A stretch of 63,305 nucleotides of DNA, counting the filler, from Saprolegnia diclina VS20 (lineage: Eukaryota): NCBI RefSeq assembly GCF_000281045.1. It is 8 parts of one record of this genome, joined end to end, with 100 filler letters (N's around TTAATTAATTAA, not from the genome) between each part and the next. Parts side by side here need not be neighbours in the genome. Positions count along the whole stretch, not along the records: positions 29,607 to 34,337 come from NW_008246111.1; positions 34,438 to 37,146 come from NW_008246111.1; positions 37,247 to 42,404 come from NW_008246111.1; positions 42,505 to 47,216 come from NW_008246111.1; 4 more parts are not named here. One strand, 5' to 3'. A model generated the notes under the pieces. That model worked only from the letters and a program-made list of their open reading frames with translations. It was not told where the DNA came from and made no database searches. Position 1 is the stretch's first letter. Each line of letters begins with the position of its first letter. Both the position numbers and the translations under genes were made by a program. Positions 32,131 to 45,290 of this stretch are shown in pieces.

Positions 32131-32947
32131 CTAATCGTCGACGAGAACGTGAAGGTGTCGATGGATCTTCGCACGCGGCAATAGCCTCGCGTGTAGTCTT
32201 GTCCACGCATTGTCGAGTGAGCTCCACCGCGGCGACGTCCAGAGAAGGACAACCTGTACGCGACTTGAACGCGTCGCGAGGACACGCTTCGCACCCGATG
32301 AGGCAGCCGACCATCGGCTTGCACAGGCATGCAGCTCTCGAGTCACGCCTCGGCGCGTCGTTGGGACGCGACAAATCGTATCCCGCTGGCCGGCGCCACG
32401 CCGCTGCCTGTACAAGGCGTTAAACGTTAGCGCCGCTCGGGAGCAACGCTCCTTCTCGCCGAACTCGGCCACTCTTAAGTAAATGGCACCGAGTTGCTGC
32501 CTTCACTTTATCGTTTCGATGAGCGCCGAGGTCGCTGCCATCGACATCATCATTATTGTCTTCATTTATTTTTAGCTGGCAAACGTAGAAAATATGAACT
32601 GGTCGATGGACGTGAACGACGTCACAGTGCAAATCAAGGCGAATATGCCGCCGCGGACGCTTCTGATTGTCTTCTCGTCGACTTGGAGTTTCCACTCTTG
32701 ATCGTCGCGAGCATTTCAAGCAAGGCACTGTCGCCGGCAATATCAATGAAATCGGTTTATCACGCGAAAGTGCAACCTCAAAGCGCGCGCCTTTGGCCAC
32801 AGCGACGTAGACCTCAACGACGCACCAGCTTCGCCGGAAGACGATCGGGTCGTGCCACGAGTGCAGGATCATGACCACGTTGTCAATGGCAGTCAAGTTG
32901 TCCTTGAATGTGGTCGACCAGTACAGTACCGGTAGTCGAACAGGCAT
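32131..32947 (-). pseudogene. decayed gene resembling the Saprolegniales TPR-associated ('mbre TPR'-like) family
   Basis: NVVMILHSWHDPIVFRRSWCVVEVYVAVAKGARFEVAL is followed by frameshifted sequence; family assignment is from memory of the R.WC..E motif. Confidence 0.45.
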
Positions 32948-34437
32948 GAGCCAGCTTCACCGCAAAATTGGATGATTTCCATCTTATAGCCAATCAGCAT
33001 CTAGTCCGTGTGGCTGTGTTTCTAAACGACATTCTCCGTTGTTTGTTTCTAATTCACGACATATTTACCTGGCGTTTTATATCGCGTGATTGTCGGTTAG
33101 CAAAAAAAGGAAGACGGTGTCGTTTCGTGCCAACGAGATTGAAAGTGGCCCCCATTAGCATCTCCAACACCGCCAGCCATGTCGCCCGTCGAACGGTCCG
33201 GTTCGCTCATTCGGAAGAAAAAATGCAATGCCATCGAGGAATGTGGTTGCAAAACCACTGTGTCTCTGGACAAGCCCCGCAACATCGTCGACTGCCTCAA
33301 CTGCTTCACGAGAATGAAAGCGGAGGATGCAAGAGAAGTCAGGGAAGCCGCACTTGCCGACTAAACCGCAGTTGCCGCTGGACGCGATCCAAGCTCACGT
33401 GTTGGTGCGGTGACCAGACTTGAGGCCAACCCCGAGGGCCACTTCTTGTTACTTCCGTGGTATTGCGCCAGGGGCTGGTGACGGCGTTGTTGCTGCACCA
33501 AAAGTGCAGAAGGCCGCTGTCCGTGCACAGTTGCGCGAGCTAAAAGAAGCCCTCTATCAGTGCCAGCGCGAGCGGAACAGCGACTAAGCCAAGGCCGCAA
33601 CATGGCTACTGGTTGCCGAACGAGCCTGCTGCCACCCACCTTGCATTGGCATGTATATTGGCGAATGCGGCCACAAAGGACGCTAAATCGGTGCGCGCAC
33701 TCGACGCCAAAAGAGGAGTTATTCGTCATCTCTGTGACGAACTTGGCAACGAATGTGACGCTCGCGCCGCGCTCGAGTTCCACCGAACCGAAGCTCGGCA
33801 TTGAAGAAGCTTGGCAAAGCTCTGGATGCCGCCAACATTGTACAACCGCCATGATGGGGACATTTGTGCTTCATCGACAAGCCATTTTCAGCTACCGGTA
33901 ACTCGAGGCTCTTGACGGTATCCAAGAGGAGTTGCCTTCACGCATGTTGCTTGTCACTGACAAGCAACATGTACCAACTGGTGACAAGTTGTCACCAGTT
34001 GGCACAAACGGTTACATCAACCCCAATAAGTACGACCCCGCACTTGATGATTTTCACACATCGTTCCGATTAGGTGCGACTCTGGAAGCGCCATGCAATG
34101 AGGGACTAACGAGCTGCCTCACTATGAGAGCATACAGCAGCTCAGAGCTTCGACTTGACGACCAATGAGAAATTCGTACCGGCGCTCAGTACCTGTTCAA
34201 GTACTACGTATTCTAAACTCGTGCAAGGAGCAAACGTTAGAGCACCAAGTACAAGCACTTGTTGACTTATCATGTTCATGCCGATGATGAAAGTGTAGAA
34301 GGTGTGTCTCGCATGCGTCCCCTGTTTTTACGGCGGGNNNNNNNNNNNNNNNNNNNNNNNNNNNNNNNNNNNNNNNNNNNNTTAATTAATTAANNNNNNN
34401 NNNNNNNNNNNNNNNNNNNNNNNNNNNNNNNNNNNNN

Positions 34438-34987
34438 GTTTTGCATCGAGGTGGTCCTGCTCATGGACTGAAAACCCGAGCTTTGCTGCCGCCGCGATTG
34501 TGTTTGCATTCGGTGCTGCACATCGATGAGCAAAGACGAAATTGACGTTCGGCGTGGCAGCCGCAGGTGCGCTTGAAGCACAATGCTCTCGGCCGTCAGT
34601 TTGACGTATTTGTGCTGGTTCTTGGCTTGACGCGGTGGTCGGTCGCCGTTGGCCCGGTCTTTCAGCCAGTACTTGTGTGGAATCGCCGTGGATGCGTCAC
34701 CAATGGGTGATGGCGCCTGTGCGACAAAGCTCTATCGGCGCCAACTTAAGTACAATCGCAGTAGTAACTAGAGAGACCTCGATGTGACTAAACCACAGTG
34801 TTCGCAGTGCGTACAAACGAGAAAGCGGAGCATGCACCGGACCATCCACCAGCCGTCGCAGTTCGATGAGCAACGGCTCGTGATCGGTCTCGACGATGCG
34901 GTTCGGGTTGACGTACAGCGCGGCGACAGTACCGACCAACTGAATTCTCGGCGAGTCGTCCTTGAGTAGCTCGATGATCGAGACGTT
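34438..34987 (-). CDS. internal fragment of a divergent paralog of the multi-pass membrane protein at 37247..39643 (gap-bounded)
   Basis: NVSIIELLKDDSPRIQLVG...LYALRTLWFSHIE, an intron, then KYWLKDRANGDRPPR..HKYVKLTA, all matching 37740-38230. Confidence 0.7.
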
Positions 34988-35574
34988 NNNNNNNNNNNNN
35001 NNNNNNNNNNNNNNNNNNNNNNNNNNNNNNNNNNNNNNNNNNNNNNNNNNNNNNNNNNNNNNNNNNNNNNNNNNNNNNNNNNNNNNNCTGGTAGAGCTCA
35101 CCCTTCTAGTTTCGATCGTCGCCAAGCAACCCGGCACGCCTCACCCGAGGCGCAGCGGTAAATGCCTCAAAATCTGCGGTCGGGTAGCCTGAACCAGAAG
35201 GCAATTAGCCAATCTTGGTATGCAGTAGCCATGCAATAATATCCCAAACTCGTTTGTGCTTTGAATCGGTGCACAATGGCTCGCGCTGTATCGAGATTGA
35301 ATTCTTGAAAATCGAGAAATGCAAACTCGGTACGGTCTGGCTAACCGTCTCGACTATCCGTTTTGCCCAACCGGTTAGCTGCGAGTGTAGCTCTCGGTTC
35401 GAGTTGGCAACTTGCGACCGCACTTCTCGTCGCGGTGTTGCCACCTGCTTATTGTACCGGCAGCCGATAGAACTGTTTATTTCCTTGAAAATAGGCACCA
35501 CTGCGTCAAATCCCGCGTTCGAATGCATCGTGAGTTCATATATTTAGTTTATCAAAGTGTGGCACTCTTCACAT

Positions 35575-37146
35575 TCAGAGACGTTGCCACCACGTGGACG
35601 ACGCCTTGGGCGCTGACGGACTCGCACTTGTGGTCATGCACGGCTCGAAGAATTTGCGGATCGCCGGGTCGAGCGTCGTTACAATGTAATCGTAAATTGC
35701 GCACTCGCGTGGCGACCGGTAGAGTTCGATGGCCCGTTGCAAGGTGTCGCATTGCATTGTCAGTGCAGCGGTCGACGACTGGAGCTCGTACGCGCGCTGC
35801 AGTAGCTGGATAAACTGTATGCGCTCCGAGCGTCGTAATTTGGCAGCCGAGAGAACTTCGATCTTGGCGAAACCATCCAAGGACGGTGCGTTCTCCGAGG
35901 TAATCTCGACTTCGGCGCGTCTTGCTTGACGTGGTGTTGAAGCTTTTGGGGGGGGTTTGAGCATTGTGGTGCCTTCAGTTGGCTGACAAGGCTCGTCGGT
36001 GGCTGCGTCCATGGTCCCTGCAATGCCAGAGGCTGCAGTGAAGCGTCCCACTTTTGTTTCATGGCGGATGATTTCCACCGATGATGGCTGGGAGCCAAGT
36101 CCGTTTCCGGCGGCAGTGTCTGCACCTGGCAAACGTTTGGTCCAGCTGCTGTCGCAAGATGCCGCCACGGGAGACACGGGCGTGGACCGACTCGACGTCG
36201 GCGGGACCACTATCGGCATGTCAACGACATCGTACACCATTGGTTGAACTAGCCGCTGAGAAGATTCAGATTGAAACGGATGCACCGAGTTGAGGTGCCG
36301 GGCAAGGCCGGCCGCCTCCACAAAGCTCAGTTTCTTGCTCGTTGGCGTCCCTTGATGGTGGCTAACGACCGACGACACCACCAACTCGGACCCAGATGCG
36401 ACGACTTTCGTCGGGGACGTCACGTCCTCACGTGGCTTGGCATTCTTTGGCAAGGCGAGATGGTACTTGGTTTGCAGCACAGCACCGGCTATTATGCGAT
36501 GCAAGCTGCGCAAGCGCGATATCGGTTTTGGCGGCACCGGCTGGATCTCAAAGAGGTACGTATACACGCGCTCGAGACAGTCGCTGATGCGGTACACGTG
36601 CGGCCATGCCGACAACGCCACCTCGACGCTCTCGATCGCCGCTGGCGTCCAGCGTCGCGGCGGGGCCCGTGCCGACTTCGCACTCTCCACGATCAGCGCC
36701 AGTATCGAGGCACACTTGGTCACCGTCGATCGACTTTGCACTTTGAGTGCAAAGGCAAAGTGGTCGACGCACCCGGGATGCTCGAGCCAGAGCCTTACGG
36801 GCGTGACCTTGTCGAGCGTCGCGTTGTACAAGCTGTGAGTGGCATCGATGATGTGCTTGGTGGATCCGACCATGCAGAGCGCGGATAAGATCTGAAGGTA
36901 GACGGCGGGCTGGAGGTGGAGACGGCCGGTGCGATACCACTGAAGTAGAAAGAGCGCACATTCACGCATGGCGACGCGGTCTTGAAGCGCAATGCTTTGC
37001 GTCCAAATATCGAGCGCCAAGCGAAAGAGGTCGTTGGCTGTCGCGATGGCGTCGTCGGGGGGTTGATGGTGAGAGAGCCACGGACTATCGCTGATGACGA
37101 CGATAGAACAAGGTGTCGTATCGTTGGGCGCGGTCGTGCTTGTGTT
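35575..37146 (-). CDS. C-terminal part of the same family (helical domain plus S/T/P-rich tail); 5' end in gap
   Basis: 36700-37146 is nearly identical to 37250-37706; long open frame to the stop at 35575. Confidence 0.7.
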   Translation of the reverse strand, partial: NTSTTAPNDTTPCSIVVISDSPWLSHHQPPDDAIATANDLFRLALDIWTQSIALQDRVAMRECALFLLQWYRTGRLHLQPAVYLQILSALCMVGSTKHIIDATHSLYNATLDKVTPVRLWLEHPGCVDHFAFALKVQSRSTVTKCASILALIVESAKSARAPPRRWTPAAIESVEVALSAWPHVYRISDCLERVYTYLFEIQPVPPKPISRLRSLHRIIAGAVLQTKYHLALPKNAKPREDVTSPTKVVASGSELVVSSVVSHHQGTPTSKKLSFVEAAGLARHLNSVHPFQSESSQRLVQPMVYDVVDMPIVVPPTSSRSTPVSPVAASCDSSWTKRLPGADTAAGNGLGSQPSSVEIIRHETKVGRFTAASGIAGTMDAATDEPCQPTEGTTMLKPPPKASTPRQARRAEVEITSENAPSLDGFAKIEVLSAAKLRRSERIQFIQLLQRAYELQSSTAALTMQCDTLQRAIELYRSPRECAIYDYIVTTLDPAIRKFFEPCMTTSASPSAPKASSTWWQRL

Positions 37147-37246
37147 NNNNNNNNNNNNNNNNNNNNNNNNNNNNNNNNNNNNNNNNNNNNTTAATTAATT
37201 AANNNNNNNNNNNNNNNNNNNNNNNNNNNNNNNNNNNNNNNNNNNN

Positions 37247-39643
37247 CCACAATCAGCGCCAGTATCGAGGCACACTTGGTCACCGTCGATCGACTTTGCA
37301 CTTTGAGTGCAAAGGCAAAGTGGTCGATGCACCCGGGGTGCCCGAGCCAGAGACTCACGGGTGTGACCTTGTCGAGCGTCGCGTTGTACAAGCTGTGGGT
37401 GGCATCGATGATGTGCTTGGTGGTGCCGACCATGCAGAGCGCCGATAAGATCTGGAGGTACATGACGGGTTGGAGGTACAGGTGGCCAGTGCGGTACCAC
37501 TGGAGTAGAAAGAGCGCACACTCACGCATGGCGACGCGGTCGTGAAGCGCAATGCTTTGAGTCCAAATATCGAGCGCCAAGCGAAAGAGGTCGTTGGCTG
37601 TCGCGATGGCGTCGTCGGGGGGTTGATAGAGAGAGAGCCACGGACTATCGCAGATGACGACGATATAACAAGGTGTCGTATCGTTGGGCGCGGTCGTGCT
37701 TGTGTTTGTGGAGCACCGAACCGAGGCTATCTGTTTCTTCTTTTGGCTTTGGATACGCTGCTGCATATCGCTGAGCATAAACGATATGGACGACCGAGGT
37801 GCCACGAGTCGCGGCTGCAGTACAATGTTGTCGGCGGTCAACTTGACATACTTGTGTCGAACGTACGATCGACGCGGCGGTCGGTCGTTGTTGGCCCGGT
37901 CCTTGAGCCAGTACTTGGGTGGGACTGCTGTCTTGGCGTCACCAGTCACACGCGATAGCGTTGCAAAGCTCTACAATAGCATTTTACATCATATACACGC
38001 AACAGGAAAATGCTATATACCTCAATGTGGCTAAACCATAGTGTCCGCAGCGCATACAAACGACACAGCGAAGTGTGCATCGGGCCATGTGCAAGCCGAC
38101 GTAGCTCCACCAAAAGCTTCTCGTGGTCTGTCTGTACGACGCGGTTCGGGTTGGCGTACAATGCAGCGACGACGCCGACCAACTGGATCGCCGGTGATTC
38201 ATCCCTCAACAGCTCGACAATCGAGACGTTGGGAATGTGAAACAAGCGCGCGCGGCGGTCGTTGATCTTCCATGCAGCGACACCGATGATTGGCAGCGGT
38301 ACGAGTGTCCAAAGCAGCGTCGAGATGCTCGCATCGGTCGTCAAGACACCAATGGACGCGAGCGTTGTGTAGATGGCGCTCGAGAAGGCGAGTACGCGAA
38401 TGTTGTTGGGGACACGTCCGCTGCCAATGCACTAATATGTGGACAATATTGTCACGGAAAAACGGTACGAATGCATGAGACAAGTACCGGCTGGGTGCGG
38501 TACGAGTACTCGAGAAGAAAGCTCCAGACAAATAGGAGACCAGTGAGGAGACCGATCGTTCCATTACGGCTGGCAATCACGTTGCTGGCCACAATCGACA
38601 TGATGGGACTGACTACATCGCCAAATTGCTAAATGCGCACTATGAAAGATACGGCTGTACGTACGTGTCCGGGCCATGACGATGAAAAACTGGTAGCTCG
38701 GCTGGAAACGAAAGTCCATGGTTGTTGCGAGCGGCTCGACGTTCATCTTGTGGTGCAACGCGCTGCGATAGAGCAAGACGAACGAGATCAGTCCGAGCGC
38801 CTACACACATTGTCTGTCGAATCAAGTACAATAATGTACAAAAACTCACCCAAAAGTAGCCAAAGCGGTCGACACAGTCGCAGGCAATTCCACCGGGCAA
38901 TACAACGTGCTCGCCACTCATTGGGCACGTCCCAAGCCGCAAGAAGGCCGTGATCATGGGGATGTAAAATAGATCCAAAGCTAGCGGGTGCACGATGCGG
39001 TCGAGGAACACGTGACCTAGGTGGTCATTTCGTCATCACGACTCCGTTGCGAGAGTGGTCGAAGGCAAGTTACATCGCTTGGACCAATGAAAGAGGAGCA
39101 TGGCACTGCCGCATACCAAAGACATGACAATGGTGCTGCCCTACGTGCAAGAAGTGAGACAAACCCAATGTTTTCGATACCAAACCTCGCTGGCAAACTC
39201 GAGGATCGCCATGAGCGCCTCGACACCATCTGGCTGGCCCGTGATGCGAAAGGCCAGCTCCAACGGCACCAGTGCAAACTCGGGCAGCTCGACCCACATG
39301 GCTAACAGTCGCACCGCCCGCTGAACGCGCTGCTGCCGCAACGACCGGTACTTGCGCTGGGACAAGGCAATGGCAATCCCTAGTCGAAAACATACTATCG
39401 ACTTTGACGTACTCACGTCGTACCTTGCGCGATGGGGTCGTGGACGCCGGCGGCGTCGCTTCGAAGAAGGCCGTGGAGAGTGACGTGGGGCCGAAGCATC
39501 CAGACGCCGACGAGCACCCAGAGACACAAGCAGATGAGGATGGGCGCAAGGTGTAGCCAGCCATAGCCGCAGTCATCCCAGTGGTGGACGGCACACGCTG
39601 CAGTATCATTCGCTTCATCGGCGGCAAAGCAGCGCGGGCGCAT
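37247..39643 (-). CDS. uncharacterised multi-pass membrane protein with cytosolic helical C-terminus, multi-exon; 3' end in gap
   Basis: Spliced reading from ATG 39643 gives roughly 8 hydrophobic helices with Cys-containing loops (LRLGTCP..CDCVDRFGYFW; YRTQPC..NNIR), then a helical region. Confidence 0.7.
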
Positions 39644-42102
39644 GGTATAGAAACAGTAAACGCGGAAAGTCATTTGATCCATGAAAACGGTTTGGCGCCA
39701 AAAATAAACGGCGCTATTTGAGTTCATTTCGGAAACTCTAATTGCATACACGTTGTGCTGGCGTCAATTTAATAGTGATCATACTACAAAGAAGTTCATT
39801 TGAATGGTTCCTCTCCTTCACAACCGAAGTTAACTGGACGTGCCATCCACCAGCGTGTGAAATTTATGCCGACAAACGTTCTGGGACCTTTGTAGGGCAT
39901 TCGCAACGCGCTGGGGTCCATATTTTACATCGAGGTTATGGCGCAAGTACGGAAATATTTCTCTAGTGCGTCCGATTCGCCCCCTGAGCATTTACCTGCA
40001 TACTTTGTAGTGTACCTCTTTAGGGCAGAGCTGTCAGTGAACAATTCCGAGCAACAGCATACCCGGTAGCGTCAGGATCTTGTGCCGGAAGGGCGTTCGA
40101 ACCTACCTTTATAACGGCTTCCTGCCAAAACCGTCACTTGCACAATGGGAACGTTCAATGAGGTTAGCGCCCACGCCAACCAAGATAGCCCAGATAGCCC
40201 TACAATAAACTTCTATTATTCCTTGGCGCCAACGATCATGCATTACCTTCTCATTTACGAGCCGCCCAAGACGGTGCATCGCTTGATTGTAGCGAGCTCG
40301 CAGACGAAGGATAGGGTACCTAGCCAGCTTGCATCGACTCGTTTTTCCTTGGCCTCCTGATTTTTTGTAGTCCCTGCTCTCTACCGTCGACGGCGGCTAC
40401 ATAGCGTTTCGTTAGAAGGTCCCTCTCGCCGCCTCGTACCTCGCCGTTTGTGGCCGCGACTTGGTGCAACCTTGCGACAATGCAGGTAGTGCTACATATT
40501 TTATACAACGTCTGGTTGTGCTTGCTTCGATACCCAAGTGCCAGCTTGACAACCACGATGCGCAAAGCTGAGGAACAAAGTTAAGTGGAAAAAGACGAGG
40601 CAAGCGGGGCGGAAGCCAGACGAATCAAACCAGAAGTGAGAGATCCCGAGGTCTCCGTAGTCAATGGCCCGGCATGTATTTAGGATATTGTGGGTCATAC
40701 GTACTACGGTAGGCAAACTCCAAGTGGACGGAAACCCCTAGCCTCGGATAGGAAAACAGCCAATGAGAGGGGCTGGACAAAACAACAGAAGCCTGAGTGC
40801 AACAAGGAAGGCCAACAAAAAACAACAATGTTGTGTGGGTTGACGAGCCACTGGAGGTGCTCTCTTGACAGTGGATATGCGGCTTCAAGCCACTCTGTTG
40901 TGTATCCCAACGAGACTCTTGTCTATGCAACTCGCTGAGTTTGCTATCTATTCACGATCCCTTACATGGGGATCACGTTGCCGAGTGCCTATAACGAGTA
41001 CCTGGCTGACACCAATACAAATTCCGAGTTGTTTTGCTGGCCCACCCCTTGTCCATACCGAGGTCGATCACGATTTGAGTTCTCGTGGATCGATGGGACG
41101 TGGTCAAGCTGTCTTCTTCTTGGACAAGGACTAAGGGTGTCATCTGCGTCAGCTACCATGCTCGTTTCATCCAGCACGCTGTGCACAGCGCTACATTTTG
41201 TAGTCATCGAGAAGGTGCGTCGGAGCGCATCGTCATGTCACCACATCCAATTCGGTCCATCGGGGTCTGGCCGCGCAACCCTTTGCCTTCTGTACCCCAT
41301 TTACCCTGGCGCAACCGCCCGAGGCGACCCCAGCCATCTTCAAACGAGAGGCCCTCGACGCTGCCGACCAGCGACCGTCGCCGACAATTAATCGAGTTCC
41401 TTGTCTGTGCCTACGAGATGCACTCGACGACTGCCGTCAAAACCGAGCACTTTGGTGTTGCCGAGGGAATCCAGAATGCGATTGAGTTGAAACACGCAAC
41501 GCTCGAGTACGTACGGCGACGTCGAGACGGCATTGGACCCGGCCATCAACGAGTTCTTAGAGTCGCACTCAGCGGTGTACTAGTACTAGTACGTGGCACC
41601 ACTACCAATACGCACAAGAGCGCATGGTGGCGACGCCGCTAGTCATCAACATTGGCTTCCTTCATGGCACTGTAGTATCAACGTGTAGAAAAGCACTCAC
41701 TTTTCACATGACTTGTTCGCTCAGGGCGATTTCACAATGGCGAGCTTGCTCAGGGGGCAATGGGCGTAATGCCTTCATTACTGCCAGGACCTCGGGTGAG
41801 GTGAGGCTTAGTAGGAGTCGAGATGGAGACTTCTAGCTCTACGACGGCTCGCAAGATACGCCCCTTCGTGATTACGTAATTTCGACTTCCTACGCGCCCA
41901 AAACACCCAAAAAGGCGCGAGACGTAGCGGGCTGCTCAGCGAAGGTCGAAAACTAGAATAACTACGTTAGCGTCCAAAACTCGATTGCGTGACCGCCGTG
42001 TTGCTCGACCAAGTGCCAATCATCGCGCGCTCTTTAAATACAATCGATTGTACGGGAAACCCACTTCAAGGTGCAACACATTTTATTTTCGCGCGACCAC
42101 AA

Positions 42103-42404
42103 ATGCCCCCCCGGTGCTTTAGCGGCGTCCACGAGGGTCCATGTGCCATCGCAGACTGGGGTCGCTGTGAGTACGGCTGGCTGCGCCTCGCACCCGTGTA
42201 CCTCTACCTCCTCGTGTGGATCGTGCTGGGACTGTACATGCTTTCGCGCAACGGCCCTCCCCACGGTCTCTTTCGAAGCGATGCGACTACGGTGCATGAC
42301 CACGTCGCGCAAGGTGCGTTCGATACAAACAGGCTTGTATGAACCGTAGCGTAGGCATCGCGATCGCTTCGTCGCAGCGCAAGTACCGGTCGTTGCGGCA
42401 GCAG
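42103..42404 (+). CDS. 5' part of a further paralog of the 39643 membrane protein (head-to-head); truncated by gap
   Basis: MPPRCF..C...W..CEYGWLRLAP...HGLFRSDA..VHD..AQG, an intron at the same position, then IAIASSQRKYRSLRQQ. Confidence 0.75.
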
Positions 42405-42504
42405 NNNNNNNNNNNNNNNNNNNNNNNNNNNNNNNNNNNNNNNNNNNNTTAATTAATTAANNNNNNNNNNNNNNNNNNNNNNNNNNNNNNNNNNNNNNNN
42501 NNNN

Positions 42505-42633
42505 GCCGTGGGCACCGAAGTTGAGACACCGTCGACGATTGCAGGTGTGTTCCAAAACATCGTCGACTATTTGACGTCGGCGCCCGCGACGCCAAGCCTC
42601 CGCTCGCGTCCGCAGTGCGCGCCGACGGCGTAA
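42505..42633 (+). CDS. 3' end of an unidentified gene at the contig start
   Basis: Open frame AVGTEVETPSTIAGVFQNIVDYLTSAPATPSLRSRPQCAPTA* followed by AT-rich 3'UTR-like sequence. Confidence 0.4.
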   Translation, partial: AVGTEVETPSTIAGVFQNIVDYLTSAPATPSLRSRPQCAPTA

Positions 42634-43037
42634 ACACAACCGTCTTTCTGTCGTGTGATTAATTGTAATTGTATTAAAAAGAGTTTACTATAGTTTCACG
42701 TCTTGTTTTCGCGCACTAGTGTACAATGTTGGGAAATATATCGTAAACTATCGATAGAAAGTAGTATTTTGGCTCTACAATTTGTAGTGCATAGCAAACA
42801 CTCGCCATCAACTTGGCAGTCCATGAAAGTGTCCGTGATGGATCGACGACGCCAAGATTATTCCCACCTCGAAGTTGCGTGCCGCAAACTACGCTTCTGT
42901 CGAAGTATGTCGTGTACTTCGATATGCTCAAGCCCGTGGCCAGCCACTGCGTTATAACACTCGTTCTGACGCATAACACCGTGGTCGGTGCATCGACCAA
43001 TGGCATCGATGCATTTTCAAAAAAAGGCAACAGCAAA

Positions 43038-44194
43038 ATGGTGCTCTACGTCATTGGCCTCGGGCTCGGCGACGAGACCGACATCACGGTGCGCGGCCTC
43101 AACGCGATCAAGACGTGCGACAAGGTCTTCCTTGAGAACTACACGTCGATCCTCGGCATCGACCACAAGCTCCTGGTACACCCTACATGCGCTGCTCACA
43201 ATTCTCATGCTCTCGTGCAGACCGAGTACTATGGTCGTGAAGTCATCTTGGCCGACCGCGAGTGCGTCGAGTCGGGCGCCGAAGTCATCTACGAGCAAGC
43301 GAAGGACAAGAACATTGCGTTCCTCGTCGTCGGCGATCCGTTCTGGTACGGACTTCGATCCTCGCTGTCGTCAACGCAATGCACATAGCGCGACGACCCA
43401 CACGGATTTGATCTTGCGTGCGCAAGAAATCGGCGCCCGCGTTGAAGTCATTCACAACGCATCCGTCATGGGCGCTGCCGGCGCCTGCGGCCTTCAGGTT
43501 CGATCGACTGCGGTATGCCTCGTATACTCAAGTGGACCGGTAGCTCTACCACTATGGCCAAACCGTCTCGATTCCGTTCTTCACCGAAGGCTGGCGCCCC
43601 GACAGCTTCTACGACAAGGTCGCTTTCAACCGCAAGGGCGGCTTGCACACGCTCTGTCTCCTCGGTACCGCACAATGACTCGTGCTGGACTCATGGATGG
43701 AGTAGACATCAAGGTCAAGGAGCCCGACTTCGAAGCCATGGCGCGCGGCCGCACCGTGTACCTCCCGCCTCGCTTCATGACGGTTGTCGATGTGTGCAAG
43801 CTATGCGGCTAACGCCGTGCTCTAGGTCAACGAAGCCCTCGAACAACTGTTGGAGATTGAAGATCGCCGCCAAGAAAACGGTACATATTGGCATGTGAGG
43901 ATTGAACAAGGTTTATGCTGGGTCGTAGTCTACTCGCGCGATACGATGTGCGTGGGCATGGCGCGTCTTGGGCAGCCGACGCAGTGCATTGTGGCTGGCA
44001 CCATGCAGGAGCTCTTGACCGTCGACTTTGGTGGCCCGTTGCACTGCCTTGCGATCGCGGGTACGACTTGACACATTGATACGAAATGTCACTGACGAGA
44101 TAAATTAGGTGACGTGCACATTTTGGAGCAAGAGATGCTCGACCACTTTTCCGTTGCCAACTGGAACGCCCGCCAAGCTGCCATTCAAAACTAA
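43038..44194 (+). CDS. DPH5: diphthine methyl ester synthase, 7 introns
   Basis: Motifs [72 protein letters not shown] and DFGGPLH. Confidence 0.95.
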
Positions 44195-45290
44195 GTCCAT
44201 CGATACAGACCGAGTTGGCCAAGGTCCTTTACGTGGCCTACGACTGAACCGCAAAGGGTACAGGTCCCTTGTTGACGTGAAGCAGTACCCCATACCTAGG
44301 GAGGGACTGGTGTTGGCGCTGGGTTTCCAAAGCAGCAGTATTGGGCTGCCAAAACGCAACGTTGAATTCGTCGACATACGAAAGGGCCACTTCCGCCATC
44401 GGTAAGTACTGCACAGTGTTGTGCGTGCAAGCGTTTGCCGTGGATATAAGTGCCGTCGATGATAAAGCGTCGATAGTAGCATTGTGGTATCAACAGGGGT
44501 ATATAAGAGATATCTTATATACACTTGGTATCAAGGACATAATGTATAACCTTCGTGGTGGCATGTACCGCGTTGATAAAATGTACCGGTATTCCCAATA
44601 TAAACTGCACCGTCGTCAACGCTTGATTAGTCGGGCACGCGCCCAGCGTAAGACTTAGGACAAACGGTACGTTCGTTGCGCCGTGAGATTTCGCATCGGT
44701 CGCCGAGGAAGACGACAGCAGTAACAAACTCGGACATCCAGTCGTCGCAACTTGTCCTACGGCCTTGAAGACACGTTGACGCCAATCCTCGTGGGACGTT
44801 TGGTCGTAACGTGGCGTTATGCACGCTTATGCTACTCGTCATGCAAGCGAATGAGCCAGGACAAGGTCGTCACAAGCGTCAAGCATCAATCGCATACACA
44901 GACTGACGAACCTTATGTTGCAGTGAGTGGGAGAACGTCCCATGCGAGACCGCCGCGAGCAGCTCCGCGAGCCCGGGTCAAAAAGCCTGAGAGGCCAAAG
45001 TCTGCACAGACTACGCGGAAGCTTCCCATCGTATCCGTAGCCCAAGAATTGTGACGACAAGTCAAGAAGTGGTCCCGGTAGCTCTCGATAAAAGCTTGCG
45101 TAGTCACGCTGGGAACAGACGGCCTACATACACATGGGTGCGATGCCGAGAATGTGATATGCAGGCCACGGTTGATGTGTATTAGCAACGGAGCGTTGCG
45201 AGCGGTCTGCCCAAACATCTGGCATCGGTCGTGTTCCCGGCGGTGGCAGTGGCGGTGGCGACCGCGCTTTCTCATTTTACGACTGACGCA

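Noticed and set aside
40082..40140. B-box-like GGTTCGAAC with an adjacent hairpin on the minus strand
   Set aside because: No cloverleaf, A box or acceptor stem could be built.
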